Shown piece after piece: positions 1-14,305 of a stretch of DNA of 64,000 nt (positions are counted from its first letter, which is position 1; each line of letters starts with the position of its first letter). The notes under the pieces were generated by a model. The model saw only the letters and a list, made by a program, of their open reading frames with translations. It was not told the origin of the DNA and searched no databases. The translations under genes were made by a program, and so were the position numbers. Source of the stretch: Dipteris shenzhenensis (Eukaryota); NCBI GenBank assembly GCA_047967505.1, contig CM106538.1. One strand, written 5' to 3'.

Positions 1-3000
1 GCTGATGCATAAGGAACCTTGGCCATCATGGCCCTTTCCTCATCTGATTTGGGACTATCTGTATGACTCAGTTTCACATATGGAGGCAATGGAGTACTCA
101 CTGCCTTCCCCCCCTCCATATTGAAACGTTGTAATACTTTTGTAACATACTCTTTTTGTGAAAGCTAAAGGAGTTTCCTACTCTGATCACGCGTGATGCG
201 CATACCAAGAATATGACCTGCAAGTCCCAAATCCTTCATATCAAAGGCCTCATGCAACTTGGCCTTTAATGCATCTAGCTCATAAGTATTCTTACTAGCC
301 AATAGCATATCATCCACATATAGTGCTAGGATTATCAGGCTATTATCCTTAGCCCTTTTAGTGTAGAGGCAGTGATCAATTTCACTCCTTCTAAAACCCT
401 GGGACCGAATGAAAGCATCAAACTTCTGATACCATTCTCTAGGTGCTTGCTTAAGATCATAGAGACTCTTCTTCAGCTTGCAAACTAAATGCTCTTTTCC
501 CTTTTCTTCAAAGCCTTCCGGCTGCACCATGTAAATTTCCTCATGCAAATCCCCATGCAAGAAAGCTGTCTTGACATCCATTTGCATAAGCTCCATATCC
601 TCTACTGCCACTAGTCCAAGCATGCATCTAAGTGTGGTCATCTTCACAACTGGAGAGAATATCTCATCAAAGTCCACACCCTTCTCTTGCTTGAACCCTT
701 TAGCAACCAAACGGGCCTTGTACCTAGGCACATCATCACCTGTGACCTTCATTTTGTAGACCCATTTACATGGCAATGCTTTCTTTCCATGTGGCAAAGA
801 AACCAAGTCCCAAGTCTTATTCTTCATAAGTGAACTCATCTCTGATTGCATAGCATACTCCCACTTGCATTGATCCTCATGCATCATAGCCTCTCTGTAG
901 CAAGAAGGCTCCCCGCAATCAGTAAGCATCACATAGTCTACCCCTGGAACAAACCTATCAGGTGGTCTAGACACTCTAGATGATCTTCTCAAGGGCATTT
1001 CAGCTTGCTGTCCCACTTGCATATCAGCCACATTTGGCTCATCATTTCCACCAATAGATGATCCATCATCTACCCTTGATTGTATACCTGTGGGAGTACT
1101 TGGTGGCACCATTTCTTGCACATTTGGTACATGGACAACTTGCTGTCTATCAACATATGCAGGTGGATTCACATCCTGGAAAGTGATTCTCCTCATTTCC
1201 ACGTCCCTCATGGGTGCCTTATGCATCTTCTTCTCATTGAAGACCACATCATGGCTGCGTATGATCTTCTTTGCTTCTGGATCCCAGAGACGATAGCCCA
1301 TCTCTCCACTTTCACCATAACCCAGAAAGATGCATTTCCTAGACTTAGGATCTAGCTTCTTTCGAAGCTCTTTTGGCACATGTGCATATGCCTCACACCC
1401 AAATATACGCAAATGAGAGTAAGAGGGCTTCTTGCCACTCCATGCCTCTTCAGGAATACCACCATCCAAACTCTTACTAGGTGATCTATTGATCACATGC
1501 ACTGCAGTCTTCATTGCCTCAGCCCAAAAACCACTAGAAAGACTTGCATTGGAAAGCATGCATTGCAACCTTTCTTGAATGGTACGGTTCATCTTTTCTG
1601 TAACTAGATTTTGCTCTAGAGTACGAGGGGATGTAAGCTCCCTCTTAATCCCACGAGTATCACAGAAATGCTGAAAGTCATGAGAGAGATACTCTCCACC
1701 ATTGTCAGTCCGTAGGCATTTAAGCATTCTACCTGACTGATTCTCAACCAAGGCCAGCCATTTCTGAAATACCTGGAACACATCACTCTTCCGAGCTATA
1801 GTATAAGCCCACACTTTCCTAGTTGCATCATCAATGAATGTCACATAGTATTCAGCCCTGCCTAATGACCGCGTAGGCGTGGGACCACATACGTCTGAAT
1901 GCACCAAATCAAGCATTTCAAACTCTTTCTTTCCCCTTCTTTTATGGGCTGATTTAGTCTGCTTCCCATAGAGACAGTGCTCACAAAATTCAAAATTAGA
2001 GAAACTCAAATGCGGTACATAACCCAAACGGCATGAGTTTCATTCCATTCTGGCTCATGTGCCCCAACCTGCAATGCCACAAAGAAGTGCTTGGCTGCTC
2101 AGTTATTGCAACAACATGATCAAATACCCTTGATACATGTAAGGGATACAAAGTCCCACACTTGGCACCCCTAGCCAAAAGCATAGAGCCCTTTTGAATT
2201 TTCCAACTTTGAAAGCCAAAAGTGGTGTGAAAACCAGCATCATCTAGCTGACCCACTGAAATAAGACTCTTGGTCAACTTAGGCACATGTCTCACATGTT
2301 TCAAAACAAATGCAGACCCATTTGCAAAAGAAAACTTTATGTCACCTGCTCCCACTATGTCACATGCATAGTCATTTCCAAGATGCACACAACCTGTCTT
2401 TCCACTATCATAAGTGGAGAACCATTCCCTATGGGGAGTAACATGGAATGAAGCACCAGAATCCAAAATCCAATCCTGGGAATATGCATCATCTGAAGTG
2501 GTAAGCAACTCTGTAGATAAACTAGACATGAAGAGAACATCATTGTCACTATCATGTGTGACTGCATTAATCTCCTCGATCTTCACTTTTCCTTTGTCCT
2601 CCCTTGGACTCTCTTCCTTTTGATTTGCACCCCAATTTGCATTCTTTTTCTTATCCTTTTGCTCTCTTTTCAGCTTGTAGCAATCCTTTTTCATATGGCC
2701 CTTCTTGCCACAATGGTAACACTCAATGTTCCGTGCCCTGGATTTGCTACGAGACTTCCCTCTTTCTTGGGACTTCCCCCTGAACTGTGATCTGCCCCTT
2801 TGCACATTTAAGGCTGCATCCTGCTTGTTGCCATCCATAGACTTCCGTCTAATCTCCTCGGCCAACAAGCTACCCACAACATCATCAAATTTCAGTACTC
2901 CACCAGGTGCAGAGTTACTGACAGTTGTACGGAAGGTATCCCATGAGGATGGCAATGAACATAAGAGAAATATTGCCTTAGTCTCCGCATCAAAATTCAT

Positions 3001-3443
3001 TTTCTGAGCCTGAAGCTGGTTGAAAATAATATTGAATTCATTCAAGTGAGAAGCAATGGAGACCCCTTCATCTGTAGCTCAAACAACCTCTTCATGAGGT
3101 AAACTTTATTAGAGGCAGTTTCCTTCTCATAAGTGGCACACAGTTTCTTCCACAAATCTTCCGTATTCTGCTCATTTACTACTGTGAAATAAACTGACTC
3201 TGCAAGATGAAGTCTAATAGTAGACTTTGCTAATGCATCCAACTCATTCCAATCATCCTCAGACATATTTGCAGGCTTAGCTTCAATCCCTGCCAAGGGT
3301 TTAATCTGCTTCTTTTGAATAAGCACATCCCTTATTTGTTCTTTCCACAAAGAAAAGTTTGTCCCATCAAACTTTTTAATGCTAAAAAACTTTTTTTCAG
3401 ACATGGAAGAGGATGCCATGATGCAAATGAAACAAAATCCCAA
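1..3443 (-). pseudogene. Copia gag-pol polyprotein, disrupted
   Basis: ORFs 3042-3443, 1996-3045 and 165-2027 carry the zinc knuckle CYHCGKKGHMKKDC, protease WILDSGAS, integrase VHSDVCGP/RTDNGGEY and RT MDVKTAFLHG/YVDDML. Relative to copy B there are frameshifts near 3066 and 2035 and a TGG>TAG stop at 165-167. Confidence 0.95.
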
Positions 3444-4852
3444 ATGCTAGTGCCTGCAAGAGAGAATCACACCAAATACTAGGTGCACCCAAATGTGTAT
3501 GCCACAATAGAGTGAAATATCACCAAAATTCAAAGCTCAAAGCATCAAAAAAGATGCATCTGACTCATGTGCATATACTATGCATCCATATGAGCAAATC
3601 TGGCCCAAAAGAAAATGCCAATAAGTGCCAAATGACTCAAGCATAAACACTGTCCACTGGCATATACATCAATAATATCTCATCCAAGAGAGCATAGCAC
3701 TATCAGGCATCACCTGCAATGTGTCAAAGCTGTCCCTCAGCTTAAAATAGCATCCATGTGCAAAGCATCCATAAAAATAGCATCCCACAAGGCAATTTGG
3801 GCCTATCAGCGCATCCAACAAGGACCGCAAAACATCCAAATGGCCTATAAATCATCCATTGCAACCCAATGCATACCACGAATGAGCGCACATTGCTCAA
3901 ACTGCAACCAGAGTGATCTGCATACGGTATGCTCAAGAAATCATAGTCCCACAGTAATGAGCGCTACTGAAAATAGAACCTGAGATGCCTCAAAACATGG
4001 GCGCCATTGCATAATCGGAATCAGCAAGAAAATCTGCAAATATCTCTCTTCTGCCAGAACTCCAAAATCCCAACCGATGAGTGAGAAATGGGAGTCAATA
4101 CTTATCCACTGCCATGTGGCATAAATCTAAGGTTTCAAAACCTTAGTATGAAAAAAATGCATAACAGAGAGACGGAATCAAATACACAAAGATCTATAAC
4201 TCTGAAAATCCTCCACCGAATCGTGCAAGAATTGATAGGTAGGGGTTTTTGGGCATCCGGAATGCAATGGGACAGACGGTTTTGGAAACCGTGGTCTTAA
4301 TCACTGGGTCCAACACACGGACTGAAAAACGTTTTTGGAAACAGAGCTATTTGTAAACTCCACCGGAGTGCGAATGATGATGAGCAACATAGAAGTTTTA
4401 GGACCTCCTGAGTCCACCGGAACTGACAGATCTGCAAATGGTTGCTCCAAACTTGAGTTCCAACACCCGGGCAAAAAACGCAGAAACTGACACAGTGAGT
4501 CAGAAATCCAATGAAATGATCCCGGATTCAAGAATAAAGGTGTTTCCAGGCTCCTGAAGTAATGTGGATACCAAAAGCAAGCAATAGTTGCCTCTACAAG
4601 TCAATACGGAGTCTCTGTCATCGAACGGAACAGGGAAAAGCTCAAAAAACGACTTTTTCTCTTAACAGGCTCTCAAAACCACTTCGTAAAGCCAAAGTGA
4701 CTTTTCCAAATGTTCCTCCAAGGTCTCTGCACACTCGGATGCAAGTAAAGTCACCCACAAAGCTTCCCACAGAGCTTCTCCTTCCTCCCATAGAGCTGCT
4801 GAGCTTCAAGCATTCACACGCTCAGCTAGATCACTCGGGCTCTGATACAAGT

Positions 4853-5029
4853 TGAGAGTGCTCTCAACGGAAGCAAGAACGGAAGAGGGAGAGAGAGAAA
4901 CAGAGACAGAGAGACACACAAGTTTTGGTGGGTGCAGAACCACCCTAATCTTCTTTTTCATTCATTTATATATGTGTTTGAGTATTGTACATAACCGGGG
5001 TAAAGGCACAGTGACCTTTAACCCCCACA
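4853..5029 (-). repeat. 5' LTR of Copia copy A (177 bp)
   Basis: Matches the LTRs at 42857-43036 and 48582-48761; adjacent to the PBS. Confidence 0.95.
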
Positions 5030-5218
5030 CCAAATAATATCTTCATGATTCTCTTGTGACATGGTCTAAGGATTACATATATTTTCATCAACACTTGTGA
5101 TTAAAGAGACATGAAAGGTCTTCAAGATTAGGATCTATTACATTATTAGTGTGCATGCCTTGGTTGTAGTGCTTGCGTGGAATGCAATTTTCGAATGCTT
5201 GCCTTCAAATATGCGATC

Positions 5219-8200
5219 CATGTCCAATTTTGGATGGATTCGATAGACTGAGCTGCTACTACTCCTCGCTCCCTTGCTGCCCCCTCTCCCTCATCCCCTC
5301 CCTCCCTCGCCCTCAAACCCTCCCCCTCCCCCTCCCTCATCCCCTCCCTCCCTCCTTCTCCTCTCCCTCTCATCCTGCCCCCTCCCCTCTCAACCCGCGC
5401 TCTCTCTCCTCTCCCTCTTTGTCCGCCCCCTCCCTGCCTCTCAGTCCACTCCATCTCCTCTTCCTCTTAGCCAAACCCCTCCTTGCCTCTTAGCCTGGCC
5501 CCTCTCCTCTAATCCCACTCCCTTCTACCCCCTCTTAGCCTGCCCCCTCCCCTCTCAGCCGCTCCCTTCTACCCCCTCCCTACCTCGCTTTCTACCCCCA
5601 CTCCCTACCTTGCCTCTTACCCCCACTCCCTACCTCGCCTTCTACCCCACCCTCTACCCCACTCCCTACCCCCGCCTTCTACCCCGCTCCCTACCTCGCC
5701 CTCTACCTTGCCCTCTACCTCACCCTAAACCCTGCTCCCTTCCCTCTGCATGTACCCCGCTCCCTATTCTGCCCTCTTCCCCGCTCCCTTCCCTACACCT
5801 CAGCCCCCCCTCTTGCCCACTCCTTAACCCCCTTGCCTCGTCCTCCCTATCCTACCCTACTTTGCTCTTCCCCCTTCTCTTCTACCCTGCTCCCTACCCC
5901 CCGCCTTAGCCCTCTCCTCTCCAAAGCTCACTACCCTCCTTCCTGTCTCCCCCCTCTTTCCTTCTCCCGCAACGCTTTTTGGAGTGGATGGAGCCTTAAA
6001 AGTGTTCGAATCGGCCTCCTCACCTCGATTGGCAATGGATATTCCGCCAGCCAATCCTATTCCACCTCCACCGGTCGCAAAAAGTATTACATTTTTTGAA
6101 GACGAGTTGCAACAGCTCAAGAAGGACATAGAGATTGAATGCTCTACCACATTGATCGCATGTATCTTTGGGTCTTACCCTTCCAGATCCCAAGCTACTG
6201 CAGCAAAGGCAACCAAGGCTGATGGGGTACCTAGAGTTAGGGTCCTCCATAAGGATCCTAACCTCACGATGGACCATGTTATGCTCCAGCGCCCGGATGG
6301 TTTCTTTTTCGCCAAAGAGTAGAGATTGCAGGCAGGCGGGACCAATGCAGGATATGCAGGACCATTGGACACTTTGCCAAAAATTGCCCCAGGAAGAAGA
6401 AAAGGCCCAAGAAGCCCTCTAGTATAGCTACCGTGCCCCATGGCCTCAACAGGGGGTGGTACAAGTCTAGCACCTGCTCCTCAGCCTCGACAGGGGGGTG
6501 GTATAAGTCCAGCACCTGTTTCTCGACCTCGACAAGGCAATCCTCCTCAGGGTGGTAATACAATGCCCACTCACCAGAGTGCTCCTCATCGATCCTTTGG
6601 TACCATCACCTTTGCCTCCGGTGCCTCACAACCTTCAGGGGCACCCGCCGCATTCCAATGGGTTCTGATTCGTGTGCAGATTCCACCTTCAATTCACGAG
6701 GATGCACTAATGGGCTCTGTTCAGCTCAAGCTGTCCCTCCAGTCTCACCTCACACAGTCTGAGATGCTTCAACTTCGACCTCCTTCCAGGTTGCAGCTTC
6801 TCCCCTAGACCCAACGGTGCCAGACCCTCTCCCCGAGGCAGGAGAGGTCTCCAACTACTTGCAGACACAGGGTCCTCTTGAGCAGCCCTCACTTCCTCCC
6901 TTGGATAGGGGGAACGGCATGGTTTACACTATTGATCCTCTTCCCTCAGAAGCGATCCTTTGCACTACAGTCTCTGGCCTAATTCATAGGAACTCATTTT
7001 CAGCTCTGGCAGATGCATCAGATTTCCCAGAGGAGTTTGTGCCATCTACTTTTGGTGAGCCAGTGATTGGGTTTCCTGTTGACAGGGCTTCTTCGTCATG
7101 TGGCAGGGTTCTTTCCCCTGTTGATTTTCCACCACTTGGTTCCATTTCTCGCTCCTCAAGCAGGAGGTCTTCCCCTATTGAGGGGTTTGGTTTTGCCACT
7201 AGGTCAGGCAAGGTGTTCCATTCTACATCCTCCCATCAATGAGGATTGTTAACTGGAACATACATGGCTTAGGTGGCATCCCACATGCAGATATGGGTTT
7301 CTCATGTCCAGGGTGGGTAGCCATCTCCTTCAGATGTAGCTGCTGCCCTTTCTGGTATTAGCGACTTCTACCAGTGAGTTGCTAGTACTTGGAGACGAGA
7401 TATTCTCAGACATGAGATTGGTGTTTGCCAACAATTGGCAGCTTTGCAAAGGGAAGAGCAAAAACGGCCTTGAAATTCTTGGATTCAAGAGCACCTTGCT
7501 GCAGCAAGGGCTCATCAGCAGACATTGCTTGATCAGAGAGCAAAGTATGCCTTTCATGCACGGGAGTCCTTCTGGATTCAGATGGGTGGCAGAGTCAATA
7601 AACACTTTTTCTCCACTCTTGGCCCTAGACATAGTAGAGAGATTGTATCCCAGCTTATTGACAGATCCAGATGACGTCATGCGCATAGCTTCAGATTTTT
7701 ATGCCGCCCTTCTTACTCTGCAGATCCTGACACACAGGATAGAGAGCATGCTACAAAAGTTATTTGGCAGAGCATCCCTTTGTTGGTGAAACTGGATACG
7801 TATGTTTTTCTTGATGCACCTTTCACCAACACAGAGTTCAGGACTGCACTTTTAGCCCTTCACAAGAGCGAGTGCCCAAGTTCGAATGGCCTCACCCCTT
7901 CTTTCTTCATTGCATTTTGGGATATGATTGGAGACTACATTAAATCGGCCCTGCAGGGCATTTGGGACAGGGCATTTGGGACGCGGGCGAGATGCTCAGG
8001 TCGCTTACAAAGGGTCTCATCCACCTTATCCCAAAAGGAGGTTGTCCCAGTGCAGGCCTATCACACTTTTGGGGGCATGCTACAAGATTTCGACCAAAGC
8101 AATCAGCCTCCGATTGCAGCCCCTTCTCCCATATCTTATTCATGACACTCAAACGGGATTTGTGCATGGCAGAAGCATTTTTTATAACATTTTCTCCTTT

Positions 8201-10868
8201 TGGGAAGCTTCAGAGTGAGCCATGCAGAGCGGCTAGAATCTAGCCATCCTACTCTTGGATTTTGAGAAAGCTTATGACAGAGTAGATTAGGGTTTTTTGA
8301 ATGGCACCCTTCTACATTTTGGCTTTACAGATGCTTGGATCAGAAGTGTTTCCTCTTTGTACAGATCAGCCCACAGCCAGGTACTTATTGGTGGGGTAAG
8401 GGATGAGAGATTTCAAACTTCCAGATCAGTCCGTCAAGGATGGTCCCTCGCTCCTTTTCTTTTTTAGTTCATGGCTGAAGCTATGAGTATCTATATTAGA
8501 TCTCAAGCTGACATCTTTGGGCTAAGACTTCCCATCAAAAGGGAAGAGGAGCTACTTGACAATGAATTGGCAGATGACACACAGTTTACTTGGATGCCAC
8601 ACCACAAACACTCACTTCTTTCAGGACAGCATTAGTTTTATCTTGGCAACGGGGGCACATATAAATTGGCATAAATCCAATGGCTTTTGGATCAATGATG
8701 AGGACACTCCAGATTGGAGGATTGACATAGGATTCACTTGGGTTCAAAGGGGTGTGCCAGTCAGGTATTTGGGCTACCAGGTCAGCTTGGATATTTCTTC
8801 CATGCAGTAGTTTACTCCCGTGTTGGAGAGCATCAGGAGGAAGCTCCTTTTTTGAAACAAGCTAGATCTTGCCTCTAGAGTTGTGGTGGTCAACCAGGTC
8901 CTCTTGGCCACGACCTGGTTTGTTTGTTCATGCTAGTACCATTCTAGGGATTGCATCACTCAGCTCAGGAGACCGATCAAAATTTTTATTTGGTGTGGGC
9001 TTGATGGCACAGCGAATGCGTTAGCCAGGGTGGCTTGGGAGACCCTCATCCTTCCTACACAAGAAGGGGGTCTCAATATTATTGATCCAGATTTACAGTG
9101 CAGAGCTTTACTCTGCAAGATGGTGGTGCGGGCAGGAGCTGTGGAAGGCATTTTTTATTAGCAGCATACAAACGTGCACACCTTCTTCAGGAGGAGATTG
9201 GATGGGCAGTATTAGGTGGATTTTCAAATGCAGCACACCTCAGGTCTTCGTCCCCTCTCATGGTTGCCATCCTAAAAGCATAGGCCAGTTTAAGGAGCAC
9301 TCTTCAAAGGATCCCCCCTCCTCTTATGAAGAGATTGATAAGCAACCGATCATGTGGAATGACAGTATATTGGATGACCTTGATAGACCACTTGGTGCTT
9401 CACCCTACATGCAATGGTCCAGATGGGAGAGGGGACAGGACCTGCCTCATCATTGGGGTCATGGAAAGCTTTCCACAGGCTTCCAGAGGAGACCAAATCT
9501 CAGTTGAGAGGACATCTCAGAGGGATTGCAGGAAGGATCTTGCAGATTGAGGCAGCCCTTCCAGTGGATTGGGTAGACACAGATGATATGCTACTCATTT
9601 GCTGCACTTGGGCAAGTGCTTTTACGAGAGGGGGCGTTCCTCTTCAGGTTTTGGCCTTTCGAGATGCACATGAGGATGCCTTGGTTTTTGATGTGCATGA
9701 TGATGGCAGATTGTTCAGGTCCACAGAGGACATCTTGCTTGAGTCTGCTTTTCAGCCTATCAGGGTTGTAGGTCTTTTGGTGCAAGGATCAATTTCAGAG
9801 TGTTTCCTTGACCCAAACCCCCAGCTTCTCTCCACCAGATCTTGGAGACTTTGGCTCTACGGGGGAGTTCCTATTAGGTATTTGGAGTGGTACCCTAGAG
9901 AGTGGGAGTGGATTGACGCAAGGCATCAAGAGAAGAGCATGCCCTTCTTTCACTACACGCTCAGTAATGCCAGGAGATTCCAGCTTAGTAGTAGAGGTTG
10001 GAGACCTTCCAGAGTTCCTCATTGGGAGGCATTTAATATCACTGCGGATTTGCAAAGGTGCTTCTAGAAGAGACTCTGGAAATCCCACAGGATTAGAAAG
10101 ATCACTCTTTTCTTTTGGCTTTCTATCCCTGGTGGGATTGCAGTGAACCTTTGGAGATCCAGATTTGGAGCCAACCCTACTTGCCCTCGTTGACTCTCTG
10201 CTTTGGAGATGATTCAACATTGCTTATGGGATTGTAGACAAGCGAGGATGATTTGGATGGGGCTAGCCAGGATACTCAGTCACTTTGCCTACTCCCCATT
10301 CTTTATGACCTGGGTCTCAGTGGCTTGGCTTTCTCTTATGGGGCCTTAGGTTTTCTATGAGAGACTTGACTCTTCTCGGGCCATTTCGATTCGACATCAT
10401 CAGGTTGAGTCCTGGTCTTTGGATGTGGTACCACACCTTCCTTTTGCAGCTATGCATGCCTCTATGAATACCTCTTGGGAGATTCTGGCAAGCATAGCAG
10501 CATGGCATATCTAGAGAGCCAGATGCACAGAGGCATTGGAGGGAACTCAGGTTCATCCCTCGCACACTTTGGCTTGTATCTAGACAAACACCATACATAC
10601 CTTGATGGCCGTATGGACGAGTATGCAGAGAGACTCCCGTGCAACCTCAGCTAGGAGGGCTTCTTTCTTCAAGGAATGGAAGGATTCTCCTTTCTTCTTT
10701 GAGACTCTTACAGTTTTGAGGTGGCACTTTCAGCCTTGGCTATTTTCCACCTCATTTTGAGAGAGTTTATTTATCCTCATGGTTTCATGATGTATTCCAC
10801 TTTAAGCTTGCTCCCGCGGGTCTTTTCTCTTACTTAATAGAAGTCTCTTTCTTGCCAAAAAAAAAAAA
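5219..10868 (+). mobile_element. L1-clade LINE relic (copy 1) with internal deletions
   Basis: Pyrimidine-rich 5' region. ORF1 starts at 5984 and has zinc knuckle CRICRTIGHFAKNCP (~6346-6390). ORF2 starts MRIVNWNIHGL at 7239, with RT motifs LLLDFEKAYDRVD (~8245), SVRQG (~8430) and LADDT (~8570), and a C-terminal zinc-finger relic (IQHCLWDC, ~10210). Poly(A) at 10857-10868. Possible degenerate TSD aaatatgcgatc (5207-5218) / aaaaacgcgatc (10864-10875). Confidence 0.9.
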
Positions 10869-11556
10869 CGCGATCATTTTTATGCATGTTGACCAAAAAG
10901 ATGCTTTGAAGGCATGCTTCTAATTAGTCATGCAATGGTTTGAAGATCAATTATTTGAAGTTGTTTTAAAGAACTCAATTTTGAAATGATTATCTTCAAT
11001 ATAAAAAATGCATCCTTCCAATCATTGCATTGCTTTGAAGATGTGCATGCTTCCAATCAGTCAAATGCTTCCAGTCACTACATCACTTCAAATATTAATG
11101 CATGTTTAGAGTACTTTGAATATGCAACCACACAAAAATCTATCATTTGAAATCCTTGCCCTCTTTTCTTGAGCTCTCACGCTCCTGTAAATCCACGTCC
11201 TAGATACTTACCAACGAACCTTACTTCTCAAGTAATCACGGATCAAGAGTTGTGTTATGTGTTGTTCAACATATATGTGAGTCTTATATCACGTGAAGTC
11301 TCCTAAGAGTTGTGTTATATAATGTTCTAAAAAATGACCCAAAAAATAAAGTCCCCGAAGCTCATCCCAAGAAAAGCTTGCAAAATTTTGAAAAAGCTCG
11401 CAAAAAATAAACACGCCCTCCCATTCATTAACTTAGTCCATCTAGGACAAATGCAACCTAGCAATGTATTTATCCTTATAGGATGGTAGCTTTTTTTAGG
11501 CTACTTTTATGAAGTAATGTGCTCAATTTTTCAAATTTGCATAGTGATATTGTAAA

Positions 11557-11820
11557 CTTATTTAGTTTCTTATAATTCACACATTCTTATCCCTGATTAT
11601 CTCCATGGGAATTTGCTACATATATGTGCTCCATCCTCAAATACGCTATCAATTGCATGAAATTCACATAGTTTTATCCCTGATTATTTCTATGGAAATT
11701 TACGAGATATATGTGAGCTTATTTAGTTTCTTATAATTCACACACATTCTTATCCTTGATAATCTCCATAGGAATTAACTTGATATAAATGCCCCATCCT
11801 AAAATATGCTATCAATTGCA
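11557..11820. repeat. Local ~100-bp direct duplication in AT-rich DNA
   Basis: ttatttagtttcttataattcacac...ctatcaattgca occurs at ~11557-11658 and ~11718-11820. Confidence 0.7.
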
Positions 11821-12264
11821 AGAATTTTTGTATAATTTTTTGGAATCAACCTATACAGTTGATATAGATAGGCTAGAGGAAATATATAAATATTGAGATG
11901 GAGCTAAGACAAAGAAGATCTTATTTAAAGACATAGTAGAATATTTTTTATTTAAGTCATTTGTTAAGTCTTCTTTAAGAAAACTTCCATTACACTCATA
12001 CAAGAAACCATAAAGCTAAAAGTCAATAAAGGGTTAACATACTAACAGCCTAAAAATTTGTCCCCTTGGTTGTATCCCCCTAACAGGCATGGCAACTTGT
12101 GTGAATATCTTAATGTGTGAAGCAAAGTGCATGCCTCCCAAGAATGGAGAGAGAAAGAAGAAAGAAACTATTATTATCGTCCTCTAGGGGCCTGAAATCG
12201 ACCCATGGGACCCAATGGAATGTTACAAAAAGTCTCCTTCTTTGAAGAAGGGTGGAATGGATAG

Positions 12265-14302
12265 CTAGCATGTTGCTACCTGTGTAATACATTGGTCACG
12301 GTATGCAAGGACCTTGGTAATGTAATTGCCCAAGGCTGTGAGGTGAGGATGGGAAAGCAAGCTCTCCAAACTGTTGTCATGCTGCGTGACATTGCTGAAA
12401 TCTTCTCTTAGATACTCATATCGCGGACATGTCAAAAGAACATGTGCCTCATTTTCCACTTCATCTAAGTTGCATAGCTAGCAGATTCTTTGTTCCCTTG
12501 ATACTCCTTCCCATGCTTTTTTCTCCACTTCTAGGGGGTGTGATCGAGTTCGGATGATTGCAATGCTTCTTCTTGCCCTGAGAGAGATAGGTATGCATAT
12601 ATATTTGTGTGCTTTGTTCTCTTTCTGAGAGTATGTGGTCCAATAGTTGGGGTTGATATTCTCACAATAATATTCATATTTGGTCCTTTTCTTCACTGAT
12701 TGCCATTTACTGTGTAGTGCTTCTAAAAAGGCTGTAGAAAATGTCCTTTTCTCCTCTTCCGTTGGCATTGCATCTAGGTAAGAAGCAACTTCCCATCTTT
12801 GAAACCAGCCTTTAATGTCATACCCCCATCCAAATGATAGCATCTTGCTCTTGTTTGTTTTTTGAGGTCTCTTACTTGCCTCCCATGCTCTCTTTGGTAG
12901 CCTGTGTGCTTGCATATCTTGAATCCTCTTTATATATTTGAAGACTCTTTCCAGTGCTCTCAGCTCAATGGGTCTGCAACCAGTTTCAAGAAGCATGATT
13001 GAGTATGGTGTGGTGGACTTAATTCCTAAATGTCTTTTGAGAAATGACTTCTGCAATTTCTCAATGTCATTCCATTTTGATGCTGAAATGCTGCCTCCCC
13101 ATATCTCCACACCGTAAAGCACTGTTTGAATGACATACGCATCAAATAGCACACACCTAATATCCCATCTCGTGGTGTCATTGTTTCTGCAGTCATTTTC
13201 AAAGCGGTAGTACTTACCCCATCCTGCATCAATCCTCCTCTGAACACAATCTCCCCATCTATGGTTAGATGGTACATCTATCCCCAAGTATTTGAAAGTT
13301 TGCACCCTCTCGATTTCCTTCTTATCATACATAATGCTTGGGATGTTGGCTGGCTGTATTGTCTTTATTACCATCATTTTGGTCTTATTGACATTAACTG
13401 TTAGACCACTCTCCATGCAAAATTTATGGAGGGTGTGCATCATCCGCTGCATATTCTCTGCTGTGTAAGAGAAGAAGACCACATCATCTGCATAAAGCAA
13501 TAGTAGAATGGTATATCCACATATTTGGGGACTCGTTGGCTGCTCTCCCTGTAGCATCATATGAATTAACTCTTCCAACTTGTCTATGCATAGACCAAAC
13601 AATGTTGGGGATAATGGGCAGCCTTGTTTGACTCCCATGTTACTATAAAATGTGGCTGACAGCCCATTATTCCCTTTTAGTTGGCATGCTACTTTCTCAT
13701 ACATTCTGAAGATTGCCATTCTCAGATGATCAGGCACTTCTAAATGCACCAATCTTTCCCACTAATAGTTCCTGGGGACAGTGTCAAATGCTTTTGTAAA
13801 ATCACCAAAGCAGCAAAAAAGGGGCTGTCCTCTTAGCCTGCTTTCTTCCATTAGTACCCTCAAAGTAATCAAATGATTAGCTATACTGTGGTTCTTCCTG
13901 AAGCCTGCCTGTCCAATGGCTCTTTTTCTATTCAGCTCGGCCCATAGACTCAGCTCATCTTCGATAATTGTGCTGAACAGCTTTGCCATAATGGATCCTA
14001 CCATGATAGTCCTGTAATTGGTGAGCTGACTGCGATCTCCCCCTTTAAAGATGGATTTTATCCAATTATCTTGCCAGTCTGGTGGGAAACCATGTTTAAT
14101 TGCATCATTAAGCAAGTGGGCTAAGCACCCTCTTGTATAATCCTTTGTCCACTTGATCATCTCAGTATGAAAATGTAGAGTGTCTGGTGCTTTCCCATTG
14201 GCCATTTTTTTAAGACCTTCATTTACAGCATCTATAGTGAAAATGTCTGAACCGTTGTAGAAGAACCTCTCAACAACCATAGGTGGGGCATTTGGGTGCA
14301 TG

Positions 14303-14305
<3 letters not shown>
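12265..14305 (-). mobile_element. RTE/RTE-X-like non-LTR retrotransposon RT region, 5'-truncated
   Basis: ORFs 13762-14352, 12478-13752 and 12265-12459 carry NYRTI, QAGFRK, DFTKAFDTV, GVKQGCPLSPTLF and LLYADD, plus a C-terminal C..C...ENEAHVLLTCPRY finger. Homology stops at the (GA)n tract 14306-14339. Confidence 0.88.

Larger units (their letters stand above)
1..5029 (-). mobile_element. Ty1/Copia LTR retrotransposon copy A (3' end outside the window)
   Basis: 5' LTR at 4853-5029 (TG...CA) and a tRNA-iMet PBS at 4839-4850 with one mismatch. Domain order is gag-PR-INT-RT. Nearly identical to copy B at 42857-48761. Confidence 0.97.

Noticed and set aside
5146-6099. Proline-rich, extensin-like ORFs
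   Set aside because: They arise from the C/T-rich 5' region of the LINE.
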